Source: Octopus vulgaris (Eukaryota). Taken from it: a DNA stretch of 62,000 nucleotides. The position numbers and the translations under genes are program-made. Of this stretch, positions 12,367 through 23,505 are shown piece by piece (position 1 is the stretch's first letter; every line of letters starts with the position of its first letter). The stretch spans positions 25,254,001-25,316,000 of the forward strand of contig OX597819.1 of assembly GCA_951406725.2 (NCBI GenBank). Direction: 5' to 3'. The notes beneath the pieces were generated by a model. That model did no database searches. It saw only the letters and a list, made by a program, of their open reading frames with translations, and had not been told where the DNA came from.

Positions 12367-12784
12367 GGCGTAGGAGTGGCTGTGTGGTAAGTAGCTTGCT
12401 TACGTACCACATGGTTCCGGGTTCAGTCCCACTGCGTGGCACCTTGGGCAAGTGTGTTTTACTATAGCCTCGGGCCGACCAAAGCCTTGTTAGTGGATTT
12501 GGTAGACGGAAACTGAAAGAAGCCTGTCGTATATATGTATATATATGTTTATATGTATGTCTGTATATGTTTGTGTGTCTGTGTTTGTCCCCCTAGCATT
12601 GCTTGATAACCGATGCTGGTGTGTTTACGTCCCCGTCACTTAGCGGTTCGGCAAAAGAGACCGATAGAATAAGTACTGGGCTTACAAAGGAATAAGCCCT
12701 GGGGTCGATTTGCTCGACTAAAGGCGGTGCTCCAGCATGACCGCAGTCAAATGACTGAAACAAGTAAAAGAGTAAAAGAGTAAA

Positions 12785-12787
<3 letters not shown>
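12367..12787 (+). mobile_element. tRNA-derived SINE, family A, full length
   Basis: GGCGTAGGAGTGGCTGTGTGG head through (GTAAAAGA)n tail. Confidence 0.92.
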
Positions 12788-12815
<28 letters not shown>

Positions 12816-12817
<2 letters not shown>

Positions 12818-13223
12818 CGCAAGTGTGGCTGTCTGTTAAGAACCACATGGTTCCGGGTTCAGTTCCACTGTGTGGCACATTGGGCAAGTGTCTTCTACTA
12901 CAGCCTCGAGGCAATCAAAACCTTGTGAGTGGATTTGGTTGGCGGAAACTGAAAGAAACTTGTATATATATATATATATATACATATGTATGTGTGTATG
13001 TGTGTATGAGTGTTTATGAGTGTGCGTCTGTGTTTGTCCTCCCCGCCATCGCTTGACAACCGATGCTGGTGTGTTTATGTCCTCGTAACTTAGCGGTTCA
13101 GCAAAAAATATGATAGAATAATTACTAGGCTTACAAAGAATATGCTCTGGGATCGACTAAAATCCTTTAAGGCGGTGCTCCAGCATGCCCAGAATCAAAT
13201 GAGTGAACCAAGAGAATAAAAGA
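12816..13223 (+). mobile_element. tRNA-derived SINE, family A
   Basis: Second tandem copy, more diverged. Confidence 0.85.
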
Positions 13224-13259
13224 ACAACACACACTCACACACACACACGTATACATATA

Positions 13260-14493
13260 CAGGGTACGTAAGGTATATGAGGAGATACCTTTTTTGGGTC
13301 ATTGCTGCATTGTTTCATAAAATAATAATGGCAGACCCTTAACTTACTCAAGAAATGAAGAGGCATGCTGTTATTGTTGTTATAAAGGCGGAGCATAGCG
13401 ATTTAGAAATATCTCGATATTTACAAGTTGCTAGATCTGTCGTCTATAAAGTTTGTAAGGAGCTAGAAGACTGAAGATGGAAACGCATCACCAGTATCAC
13501 AGCATAAAAAGCATTCTAAACGCTCTGAAATCATCTGAAGACATGAATTCATCCATTAAATTCAACAGACCATTGATTACAATCCTAGAAAGTCCATGAA
13601 GTCAATTGCAAAAGATCTCCATGTGCCAGAAGGAACAGTCAGAAATGTTGTCCACGAAGTCATCAGATATAAGTCTTATATGATGAGGAAAGGTCAATTT
13701 GTCAGAAAAAGCAAAAGAAAATCACTACATGAGATCTAAAAGGCTCTTAAACAAACTGAAAAATCCAGCGCAAGAAGATTTGATTTCGTTTTTCTCAAAT
13801 GAGAAAAACTTCGACCAAGATCAAAAAGTTAACAGAAGAAATGACAGATGGTTATGTGCAGACCCTTTTAAAGTTTCAAGTGTTATGCATACAAAATTTC
13901 CAGTCACTGTCATGGTTTTAGGAGTTGTCAGCAATGAAAGACATATGATACTACCTTATTTCTGTCTACAAGGCCTTAGAGTTAGCTCTGCCACCTATAT
14001 TGAGGTCATCGAAATAATTGTCAAGCCCTAGATAGTGTATGCAATGGAAGCCTAAAAGTGTTTTAGTAAGAGTCTGCACTATCACACATGGCTCTAGTAA
14101 CACAGGAATGGATGACCGAAAATTTTGATGATCCTATAACCCCTAACATTTGGCCTCCTAATTCCCCAGATCTCAATCCATTGGACTATTACATTTGGAG
14201 TATTACTGAGAGAGAGGTAAATGAACACGCCCAATAACACCAAAGATTCTTTGAAAGCTGCTATAGTCAAAGTAATGTCCAAAATGAACCGGAACCACTT
14301 GATCCGAGCATGTAGATGATTTAGATCTCATATAGAAGCAGTTGTTGAAGCTGAAGGTGGCTTTATTGAATAACATTACAAAGAAGAAGGTTTATTTTTA
14401 TCCTCATAGCATTTTTTAATAAATAAAGTTATCTCTTATAAGTTTTTTTTTTTTATAAGCATAAATCTGTCCTCAAATATATTACGCACTCTG
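13260..14493 (+). mobile_element. Tc1/mariner DD37D (maT) transposon, full length, inactivated
   Basis: TA-flanked imperfect ~28-bp TIRs (CAGGGTACGTAAGGTATATGAGGAGA vs CAGAGTGCGTAATATATTTGAGGACA). Transposase remnants FS(N)EKNFDQDQKVNRRNDRW, VMVLGVVSNE, WPPNSPDLNPLDY, EAEGGFIE*. There are 37 residues between the second and third catalytic positions. Confidence 0.9.
13328..14373 (+). pseudogene. maT/DD37D transposase pseudogene
   Basis: Several stops and frameshifts; first catalytic D reads N and second reads E. Confidence 0.85.
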
Positions 14494-14502
14494 TATATAT
14501 AT

Positions 14503-14665
14503 AGGCGTAGGTGTGACTGTGATAAGAAGCTTTCTTCCCAACCACATGGTTCTGGGTTCAGTCCCATTGCGTGGCACCTTGAGCAAGTGTCTTCTACTAT
14601 AGCCTCGAGCCGACCAAAGGGTTGTAAGTGGATTTGGTTGACGGAAACTGAAAGAAGCTTGTCGT
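14503..14665 (+). mobile_element. SINE family A, 5' half
   Basis: GGCGTAGGTGTGACTGTG..GGGTTCAGTCCCATTGCGTGGCACC, directly after the maT right TIR. Confidence 0.85.
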
Positions 14666-15599
14666 ATATATGTATATATATATAATTCAATGGTACAACA
14701 GTGTAAGAGTTTGCTTTGAGATATACTTAGATTGTGATTTCTGCAATGTGCTGCATAAATTGTCAAGTAGATGAGAGGCATCTTTGCCTCCACAAATTCA
14801 GTTGCAAAGTGTTGAGTAAAGTTATTTGGTTGCAGACCTCATTTAAGTCTTTTTATTATCACTGGGTCACACATAGTCCCCAGATGGTAACATTGATTTC
14901 AAGGCCTTCCCAGATGAGTGACTGGTTATTCAAAGACATTTATAGATTGTAAATTTATTCTGTTCAGTTAAATTTCAGTATAGTGGTCCTTTGCAAACTC
15001 CAGATGTGACATTTTCATTTCACCTTAGCCCTCACGTCACACATTTGTTAATGTTTACCTCAGTTGGGTGACGCCCTAACAATTGCTATAGTTCCATAAT
15101 GCATCTTACAGCTGTGCCTGTCACCTGGATGGTGAGGAATCCTACATTGGGAGTGGTAACGACTAGGGTAGGGTAGCAGACTGCTTATTGTGATCATTCG
15201 TCTTTTGGTTCCCTGTAGCTTTGCTCTCTTTTACAAACCCAGTGAACATACATATATTTCCTATTTCAAAGAAATTCAAACAATAGATATAAGACCCAAG
15301 TTAAAAACATTCCCAAGAATTCAACTTCTCTGCTTGACATTAAGACACCCACCCCCAATAGGGGCCTTAACTCACACATTTTAGAGCTCCATGACCTCCA
15401 TTTTTCAGGATCAAAATCCTTTTAACGGGTTCTATAAAACTGGAATTTTGGAATCTGTACATAAAAATCAGTAGTATAGGATACATGTGTCGTGATTATT
15501 ATTTCTTTAGGGTGTGTTAAGAGGGAAAGAACCCTCGTCTGCAATTTTGATGAAATTCAAATCATAGCTATTCCAGTTCATTACAGAAAATATAACAGA

Positions 15600-15652
15600 A
15601 AAGTCTACTTCTTCAATTGCATGTAACACGGACAATGCCGGTATCTCTGCTA

Positions 15653-15653
<1 letters not shown>
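15600..15653 (+). mobile_element. Helitron-like 3' end
   Basis: CACGGACAATGCCGGTATCTCTG-CTAG|T, a short hairpin plus CTAG resembling the ends at 9595 and 16202. Confidence 0.45.
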
Positions 15654-15688
<35 letters not shown>

Positions 15689-15689
15689 A

Positions 15690-16046
15690 TCCTTTTATTA
15701 ATTCATTTGTTTCAATCATTTGACTGCGGTCATGCTGGTGCACCGCATTCAAGTGTTTTTGTTGAACAATTCGACTCCAGGACTTATTTTAAGGCCTAGT
15801 ACTTGTTCTATCGGTCACTTTGCCGAATCGCTATGTTACGGGACGAAAAGACACCAACACCGGTTGTCAAGCGAAGTGGTGGTTGACAAATACACACACA
15901 CACACACACACACGACGAGCTTCTTTCAGCCAAATCCACTCACAAGGCTTTGGTCAGCCCGGGGGCTTCAGTAGAAGACACTTGCCCACGGCGCCTTGCA
16001 GTGGGGGTTGAACCCAGAACCATGTGGCTGGAAAGCAAGCGATGCG
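15690..16046 (-). mobile_element. SINE family A lacking its normal head
   Basis: Body and tail present; the tRNA A-box region is replaced by unrelated sequence. Confidence 0.8.
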
Positions 16047-16201
16047 ACGAACGACGGCTTCCACAGGGTCATAAACGATCCTTCGTCGGCTTCGACAATG
16101 AATATATCTCGTCGGCTGACCCACTGAGCTACTTACTCATTAAATGAACGTGTAAACGACTGAGTATCTGGCCATGAGTACACACCTACTTATATACTCT
16201 A

Positions 16202-16600
16202 CTAGCAGTATCGCCCGGCGTTGCTCGGGTTTGTAAGGGAAATAACTATATAAGCATTTTTAGAGAGTTATAGCCAAAAAATAGCAAAAAAATGCGTTAA
16301 AAATGGAAAAAAATGATGGTAAATTTTTTTAAAAGTCGTTGACTCATCGTAGACATTTTTAGAGAGTTACTTCCCTTATATAATAGCGAAAAAAATGCAT
16401 TAAAATGGAAAAAAATGAAGGTAAATTTTTTTTTTAAATCGTAGACTCATCGTAGACGCGCGCTAATACCCAGAAGGACTCGATATGAATCACGACTATA
16501 AGATACCCGGTTTTGGTTAAACTGTACCGCAAAATGTGGGAGTAGTTAGGAATCTAAATCGTAGGAGACTGACACACAACTTCACTTTTATATATAAAGA
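16202..16600 (-). mobile_element. Non-autonomous Helitron with internal ~105-bp tandem duplication
   Basis: Same 33-bp 3' end (hairpin + CTAG) as 9595; starts A|TCTTTATATATAAAAG; 16254-16353 and 16354-16456 are diverged direct repeats. Confidence 0.8.
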
Positions 16601-17417
16601 TATATTTCTTGTGTGCATATGAAAACCTGCGTACATATTTGTGCGCTCGCGCGTGTGCATGTGTGAGTATGTGTGTGCATGTAGGTAATTTAACAACTGT
16701 CTTTTTTTCTTAAAATATATTTTTAACGTTATTGATTCCTGGTTAGGTTTGAGGAACTTAATATTTCTTCCACAAAGCCTTTTCTAATCCATTTCTATTA
16801 AAAAAAGGTAGATTCATAAAAGCATTTGTATTGATTTTCATTATGGACACGTGTTCTTTTAATATAAGTTCACAGGCAGTATCAGCATCAAGGTGGAATT
16901 ATATGGTTTATAGGTAGAATCTAATCAATGTGCTTCCATAAGTTTTCATGAACTCGATTTCACTGTCAGGGATTCGGTCGGATCAAATCTGTGAGAAAAG
17001 GCAGCTGTTTATGATGCTGCACTGCAGGATCGAACCTGTAACTTTATGATTGCAAAGTGAAGTTATTCACCACGCAGCCATGTCTGCAATCGTAAGGTTT
17101 GGTAAAGGTAATTATTGCGTGACCTTATCAGAGAGAAGAGGGGTGGGGAGGAGAGAAGGGGAGGAAGAGGATGATGAAGACGAGGAAGAGAATGAAGAGG
17201 AGAGGAAAGATAAGGAGGAGAAGGATGACGAGGAGATGAAGGAGGAGGAGGAGGAGGAGGAGGAGAAGAAAATGAAGGAAAGTCTTGTGTAGAATTGTCT
17301 CTACACATTGTAGAGTAGTAGCAATATTTAATGCACACACACGCATATATATATATGTAGAGAGAGATAGAGAGTTAGATAGATAGAGAGAGATGGATAG
17401 ATAGATAGGTCGGTAGG

Positions 17418-17454
<37 letters not shown>

Positions 17455-18046
17455 CGTTAAATGCAACTACTCTTTGTGCACTTCTGTCGCTCTCTCCGAC
17501 GAAGGATCAAACCCGAAACGTCAGATTCCGCCTGTCTCCTCATATCATAGAAACATATCGACACGCATGAATATCCATCTATATAAATGTGTGTGTGTGT
17601 GTGTTTGTAAGTGTGTGTATCTGCGTGTGTGTGCATGTGTGTAGTGCATGTGCATGTATGTGCTGAATATATCTATCCTCGTGAGACACTGAATGCTGTG
17701 GTTGATCGTCGATTCAAGCTATTGCTGATAATAACAATGTGACCCTTAACAAATACCTAGATGAATGATGAATAAAAAAATTACGCTTGTTTTCTATAAT
17801 GGCGACATCTGTAACTGCAGTGAAGCAGGTTATATAATACTTAAACTATTGTGACTCAATGTTCTAAGTAAACATTACTTAAATAAACATCTACTATGAT
17901 AGACAATACGACAAGCTGTGTCTGCTCGGTGACAACTACAACGGCAACCGTTTCTTTTGAACTTGCTGATTGTAAAACAATCAACCGTTTCTTTTGAACT
18001 TGCTGATTGTAAAACATTTATGACCCTGTGGAAGTCGTCGTTCGTC

Positions 18047-18143
18047 GCATCGCTTGCTTTCCAGCCACATGTTTCCGGGTTCAAGCCCCACTGCAAGGCG
18101 CCGTGAGTAAGTGTCTTCTACTGAAGCCTCCGGGCTGACCAAA
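18047..18143 (+). mobile_element. SINE family A fragment, interrupted by MITE
   Basis: Reverse complement of 15950-16046. Confidence 0.75.
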
Positions 18144-18357
18144 GCGGGGGCTGAAAAGTTCCTGGTTTTAAGGGTGTCGCGAAAGGCCTGGCTGGAGGCC
18201 CAAACTTCCAAGTTCTTTTACAGGGCTTAGAAAAATTGAAGGACTACTGCAGAAAGTGTGTGAGTCTGAGAGGGGAATATGTTGAGTGAAATCGTAATTA
18301 ACTGATCCTTCTCTATTCTCTTTTACTCAAAGCCAAGAACTTTTCAGCAACCCTTCG
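18144..18357 (+). mobile_element. mariner-derived MITE, same family as 7771-7987
   Basis: GGGGGCTGAAAAGTTCCTGG ... AAAGCCAAGAACTTTTCAGCAACCCTTCG(TA); encodes KCVSLRGEYVE*. Confidence 0.8.
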
Positions 18358-18840
18358 TAAAACTATGAATAAGATAACCTTTTGGGGGGGACACTTGACA
18401 AGCTGGAAACAACAGCCAAATATTATGTCACACAATTTCATGTTACCATCATAAAACAGGAAGGACACGTCGGATGATAGTCATAAAGTACACAATAGTA
18501 ATAAGCGAAAAAACACACACAAACAAAAGAGACGTGAAGACTTTGACTGGAGCGTCTTTGATCATAGGATCTGCTTGTTTGATAAGGGCTACACAACAAC
18601 AACAACAAAAACAGAAACAACAACAACATTGACAACACCGATAAAAATAACTGCAACAATAACAACTACAATAATCCCTCGTCGTATCTCGGTTCATCTA
18701 TCGAGGTCCGCGTATTACGGTTCACTGATCGTGGTTTATTATCTAAGCTTACGTCGAATCCTCCTTGGTGTTATTTTGCCTTTATAATATTTATAAATAT
18801 ATACCAATTATTAAAAAAATATATATATATATGCAGTATA

Positions 18841-19003
18841 GGCGCAGGAGTGGCTGTGTGGCAAGTAGCTTGCTTACCAACCACATGGTTCCGGGTTCAT
18901 TCCCACTCCGTGTCAACTTGGGCAGCTGTTTTCTACTATAGCATCGGGCCGACCAAAGTCTTGTGAGTGGATTTGGTAGACGGAAACTGAAAGAAGCCCG
19001 TCG

Positions 19004-19040
<37 letters not shown>

Positions 19041-19246
19041 GTGTGTCTGTGTTTGTCTTCCCAACATCGCTTGACAACCGATGCTGGTGTATTTTCGTCC
19101 TCATCACTTAGCGGTTCGGCAAAGGAGACCGATAGAAGAAGTTCTAGGCTTACAAAGACTAAGTCCTGGGGTCGATTTGCTCGACTAAAGGCCGTGCTCC
19201 AGCATGGCCGCAGTCAAATGACCGAAACAAGTAAAAGTGTAAAGAG
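18841..19246 (+). mobile_element. tRNA-derived SINE, family A, full length
   Basis: GGCGCAGGAGTGGCTGTGTGG head to GAAACAAGTAAAAG tail. Confidence 0.9.
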
Positions 19247-19497
19247 TAGTGTTTTTACTTCGCAGATCTTCATCTATCGCGGGTTGAAGGGGGTTGGAAC
19301 GTAACTACAACGATAGCCGAGGGATTACTGTACACTGTAACACAGCAACACCGACAATAACCACAGCAACAACTGTAACAACTACAACAACTACAACAAT
19401 AACTACAAGAACATAAACAACAACAACAACACTAACAAACGTGTGAATTTCACATGAATTTCTGATTCATTTATGCCTAGAGTGAGTTTGGTCAGTA

Positions 19498-19918
19498 AGC
19501 GGCGGTGGAGGCAGCGGTTTTGGCGGCAGCGGCGGTGGCACCAGCGGTGGTGGAGGCAGCGGTGATGGCGGCAGCGGCGGTGGAGGCAGCGGTGGTGGAG
19601 GCAGCGGCGGTGGAGGCAGCGGCGGTGGAGGCAGCGGCGGTGGAGGCAGCGGCGGTGGAGGCAGCGGCGGTGGAGCGGCGGTGGAGGCAGCGGTGTTGGC
19701 GGCAGCGGTGGTGGGGGCAGCGGCGGTGGAGGCAGTGGTGGTGGCGGCAGCGGCGGTGGTGGCGGTGGAGGCAGCGGTCGTGGCAGTGGCGGTGGAGGCA
19801 GCGGTGGTGGCGGCAGCGGCGGTGGTGGCAGCGGAGGTGGAAGAAGCGGTGGTGGGAGTGGCGGCGGTGGTGGCAGTGGTTTTGGAGGCAGCGGTGGTGG
19901 TGGCGGCAGTAGTAGCAA
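19498..19918. repeat. GC-rich 15-bp repeat (GGCGGTGGAGGCAGC)n / (GGN)n array
   Basis: Direct inspection. Confidence 0.9.
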
Positions 19919-20124
19919 AACAACGACACCTATACCCGACAGAGCAATGAACACCACAGTTCCCTTTTAACCCCTAAAGCAACAGGGTTTTCATAGCCGG
20001 CACGTACACCTTTGATGAAAAGTTTGCTCGGGCAAAGTGGAGCTGGGGCAATACAACAACATGTGCACAAAAAACCAATTAAGTTTGTACTAAAATATCT
20101 AAAGAAAAAGGTAAAGAGTCAAAA

Positions 20125-20400
20125 GATTGCACCTAGAAAGTTCCCCTCCGAAGTACAAGTCTGAGCAAGGTTGTTTTGTGGAAGACCAGCAGCCACCCCT
20201 GCATACCAGCCTCTCTCCACGCCACCGATGTTATCAATGGAAAAGGCAAAGACCGATACAGCTTGGCACCCGTGACATCACAACTCATTTCTAGAGCCGA
20301 ATGAGCTGGAGCAACGTGAAATAAAGCGTCTTACTCAAAAACAGAACACAGAACCCGGTCCAGGTATCGAACTTACTACTTCATGATTGTGACCCCAACA
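20125..20400 (-). mobile_element. tRNA-derived SINE, family C (diverged)
   Basis: Homologous to 60890-61248 (GACCAGCAG.CACCC..GCATACCAGC..CTCTCCACGCCA; CAGCTTGGCACC.GTGAC). Confidence 0.8.
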
Positions 20401-20456
20401 CCTTATTTAAAATAGCATTATATATATACATACATACATACATATGTGTGTGTGTG

Positions 20457-20528
<72 letters not shown>

Positions 20529-20554
20529 AAAAAAGCAACAAGAATGGATTAAAA

Positions 20555-20642
20555 TCTCGGTACGATCGTTTCGTACGAGGACATCTTTAATAAGCTACAA
20601 AAAATGCAGTGAATACAGATGGCTCGTACTCGTCAGCCGAAA
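20555..20642 (-). ncRNA. Type I hammerhead ribozyme (left arm)
   Basis: Exact reverse complement of 21912-21999. Confidence 0.8.
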
Positions 20643-21911
20643 AAAATATCAGAGAATTCCCAAACATCAAAAGGGGTAGATACAAAAGAGGTTGTAAGAT
20701 TAACTGCATTGAAGAAAGTTCGATTCATGGAGATCCGATGAAAGGTTTTAAACCTATAGAATTTATGCATGTCTACATATAGCTCATATTGAATATTTGA
20801 TCAAGTTGTATGAAGAAATTTTCGGATACAGTCATGCAAAATTTCTGAAAATCCGAGTAAGAGGCAAAGTGACTGCCACATCATGTAGAGGAAAGTCTGA
20901 GTAAAAACATAGTGACTGTCATATCGTGTAGAGGAACAGATTGTTATTGAAATTTACAAGAATCGCAGATAAGTTCGATTTTTTGGAGATCTGATGAAAA
21001 GGTCTTGAACTTACAAAATTTGTGTATGTCCTTATAGTTCGTAATCCAGTTTTGTGGAGAGATTTAGGGTACAATCATGCGAAAATATCAGGGAGTCCGA
21101 ATGAGAAGCAAAAATGACAGTCTTATATTGTAGTGGTTCAGGTAGTTAATGAAATTTTCAAGAATCACAGAAAGAGGAGGAAGGGGGTAGGAATTTAATC
21201 AGTTACTGCTATTTAAGCTGTCAAAGAGAAAGGAAAGGGGAAGCTAAGGGGATGGGCACAATTTGATACTGACAAAAAAGTCTAAGTTTGTTTGGAACAA
21301 ATTCGAACTGAGGTCAACAATTTATTTCTTTATTTATAAATGTTACTATTAATAGATTGTCAGGTTACAAAGAGGTCATTAGAAAGGAAAGAAAAATGGG
21401 GTTGTTATTAAATGAAATTAAACTATTATATTATTATTATACTAAACTATAATACATACATAATGTTATTAAATGAAATTAAACAATTATATTAATATTA
21501 TACTAAACTATAATACATTACACTATATTATATTATATTATTTTGATATATTCCATCACAATACACTACGATAGGTCTGGTATTAGCAGAATTAATTTTT
21601 AAAAGTTTAAAAGAAATTAAGAGAATTAACTAACTAATATTTGTAATGGGATAAAAAATAGACTAAGAAATGGAGATAAAAATAGAGCAAAATTTAATTT
21701 ATTAATAATATGGTCCAATAGAAATAAATCAAATAATTTAAGTCAATAAGTATTAAATAGTACCATCAGAGAGAGAAAAATTATAATCATAGCTAGTTAG
21801 AACTTATCTTTCCAGTTAAATATATAATATACTATGTAGGAGTGATATGTAAGTCAAAATGAATTTTATGTAAAATAATTCCAGTATACAGTTATCAATT
21901 GAGATATATTT

Positions 21912-21999
21912 TTTCGGCTGACGAGTACGAGCCATCTGTATTCACTGCATTTTTTGTAGCTTATTAAAGATGTCCTCGTACGAAACGATCGTACCGAGA
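21912..21999 (+). ncRNA. Type I hammerhead ribozyme (right arm)
   Basis: Helix I TTTCGG(21912-17)/CCGAGA(21994-99); core CTGACGA 21918-24; helix II GTACGA/TCGTAC; GAAA 21982-85; palindromic helix III ACGATCGT; cleavage triplet GTA, predicted cut after 21993. Confidence 0.82.
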
Positions 22000-22146
22000 T
22001 TTTAATCCATTCTTGTTGCTTTTTTCCTATTTATAATCACCCCACTTGTCGTATGGTTAACACCATATAGATATCCGGTGCATCCTAGTTAAGGACCATA
22101 TTCATGTGAATTCTTTAGAATTCACTAGAATCTCAATTACTTAACC

Positions 22147-22195
<49 letters not shown>

Positions 22196-23258
22196 TAATA
22201 AGAAAAAGGCAATATTAGCCCATTAATATCATCTTAATCTTATCGGCAAGGCTCTCATGCAGATATCTCGGGGTAAGTTTTGGTTTGAGTGGCTCTGTGA
22301 ATCTTCAACTTTACTGGGCTTACAACAGCAATGATGAGAGAATTACTAGGTAGGTATACAATAAAGTGCACTAATAGGCGTAGGAAATTAACAGCATATA
22401 CAAAAATAAATTGAGGTTCATTTATTCATTAGTGAGAAATTACATCTATTTGTTAACGTAGTACAGTGAATTAAATGAAAGTTTCCAGTTGTAAGGGAGA
22501 TAACTCTCATGACACTATTAATAACGAGATGTTATCGTTCAGACAACGTCACAAATTTATGAAGTCTGCAGTGAAAGATTTAACGATTGTAACCTTTAGA
22601 ATTCAGATTACTCCGTCAAAAGTAATACTTATCTATTCACATTATTTTGAATAGTTCATTCATTATTTTGTAACGTCGACATTTTGATGATATGATTGTA
22701 TATTTTTAGAATGACATTGTAGGACAGGTATGCGAAGCTACATCTGGCCAGTTTGAACATGAAGCAGGTAGAATACTTGGGCCAGATGTGGCCGATTTAA
22801 GCACAAATGGGTTACATTTAGAAAACGTTTGGTACTGACCCAGGCCACATAATCGATCCTTGTAGGAATAAAGAATAGAAAAATATGAACGGAACCCTTG
22901 AAAACATAGTCGGACAACACTAAGAATGTACATAAGAATATACGTTTGAAATTTGGTTTTCTGCTCACCCGTTTTTTTTTTTTTTTTTTACCACAAGCCA
23001 CATTGCGGTTAAAGGACATGCTAGAAGTAGCAGCTAAGCCTGTTCAGATCACTCTCCACTACTTTCAAAATATGAAGGACACTGTATAATATAATTGCTG
23101 TAATTCACTTCGAGATGCAAAAATTGTTAGTATAACAATAATTTATAACTGTGGAAATAGACACGAAATTTGGTGGTCGTAGGTTCGATCTATCCTTGCA
23201 TATAAAAGCTAGGAAATGTATGGATACTCTACCAATTTTGCATAACCACTGACTTTTT

Positions 23259-23301
<43 letters not shown>

Positions 23302-23430
23302 GCTACCACCACCACCACCACCACCACCACCACCACCACCACCACCACCACCACCACCACCACCACCACCACCACCACCACCACCACCACCACCACCACC
23401 ACCACCACCACCACCACCACCACCACCACC

Positions 23431-23487
<57 letters not shown>

Positions 23488-23505
23488 GCTACTACTACTA
23501 CTACT
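23259..23505. repeat. Compound (CTA)n-(CAC)n-(CTA)n microsatellite
   Basis: Direct inspection; abuts the 3' end of the minus-strand LINE. Confidence 0.95.

Larger units (their letters stand above)
20524..22030. mobile_element. Non-coding element bounded by identical 122-bp inverted repeats, each with a hammerhead ribozyme (probable Penelope-like non-autonomous derivative)
   Basis: 20524-20645 is the exact reverse complement of 21909-22030; the ~1.26-kb interior has no ORF in the track. Confidence 0.75.

Noticed and set aside
19403-19957. Signal peptide plus proline-rich (extensin-like) protein
   Set aside because: It is the antisense reading of a (GGN)n repeat and changes register midway; there is no independent support
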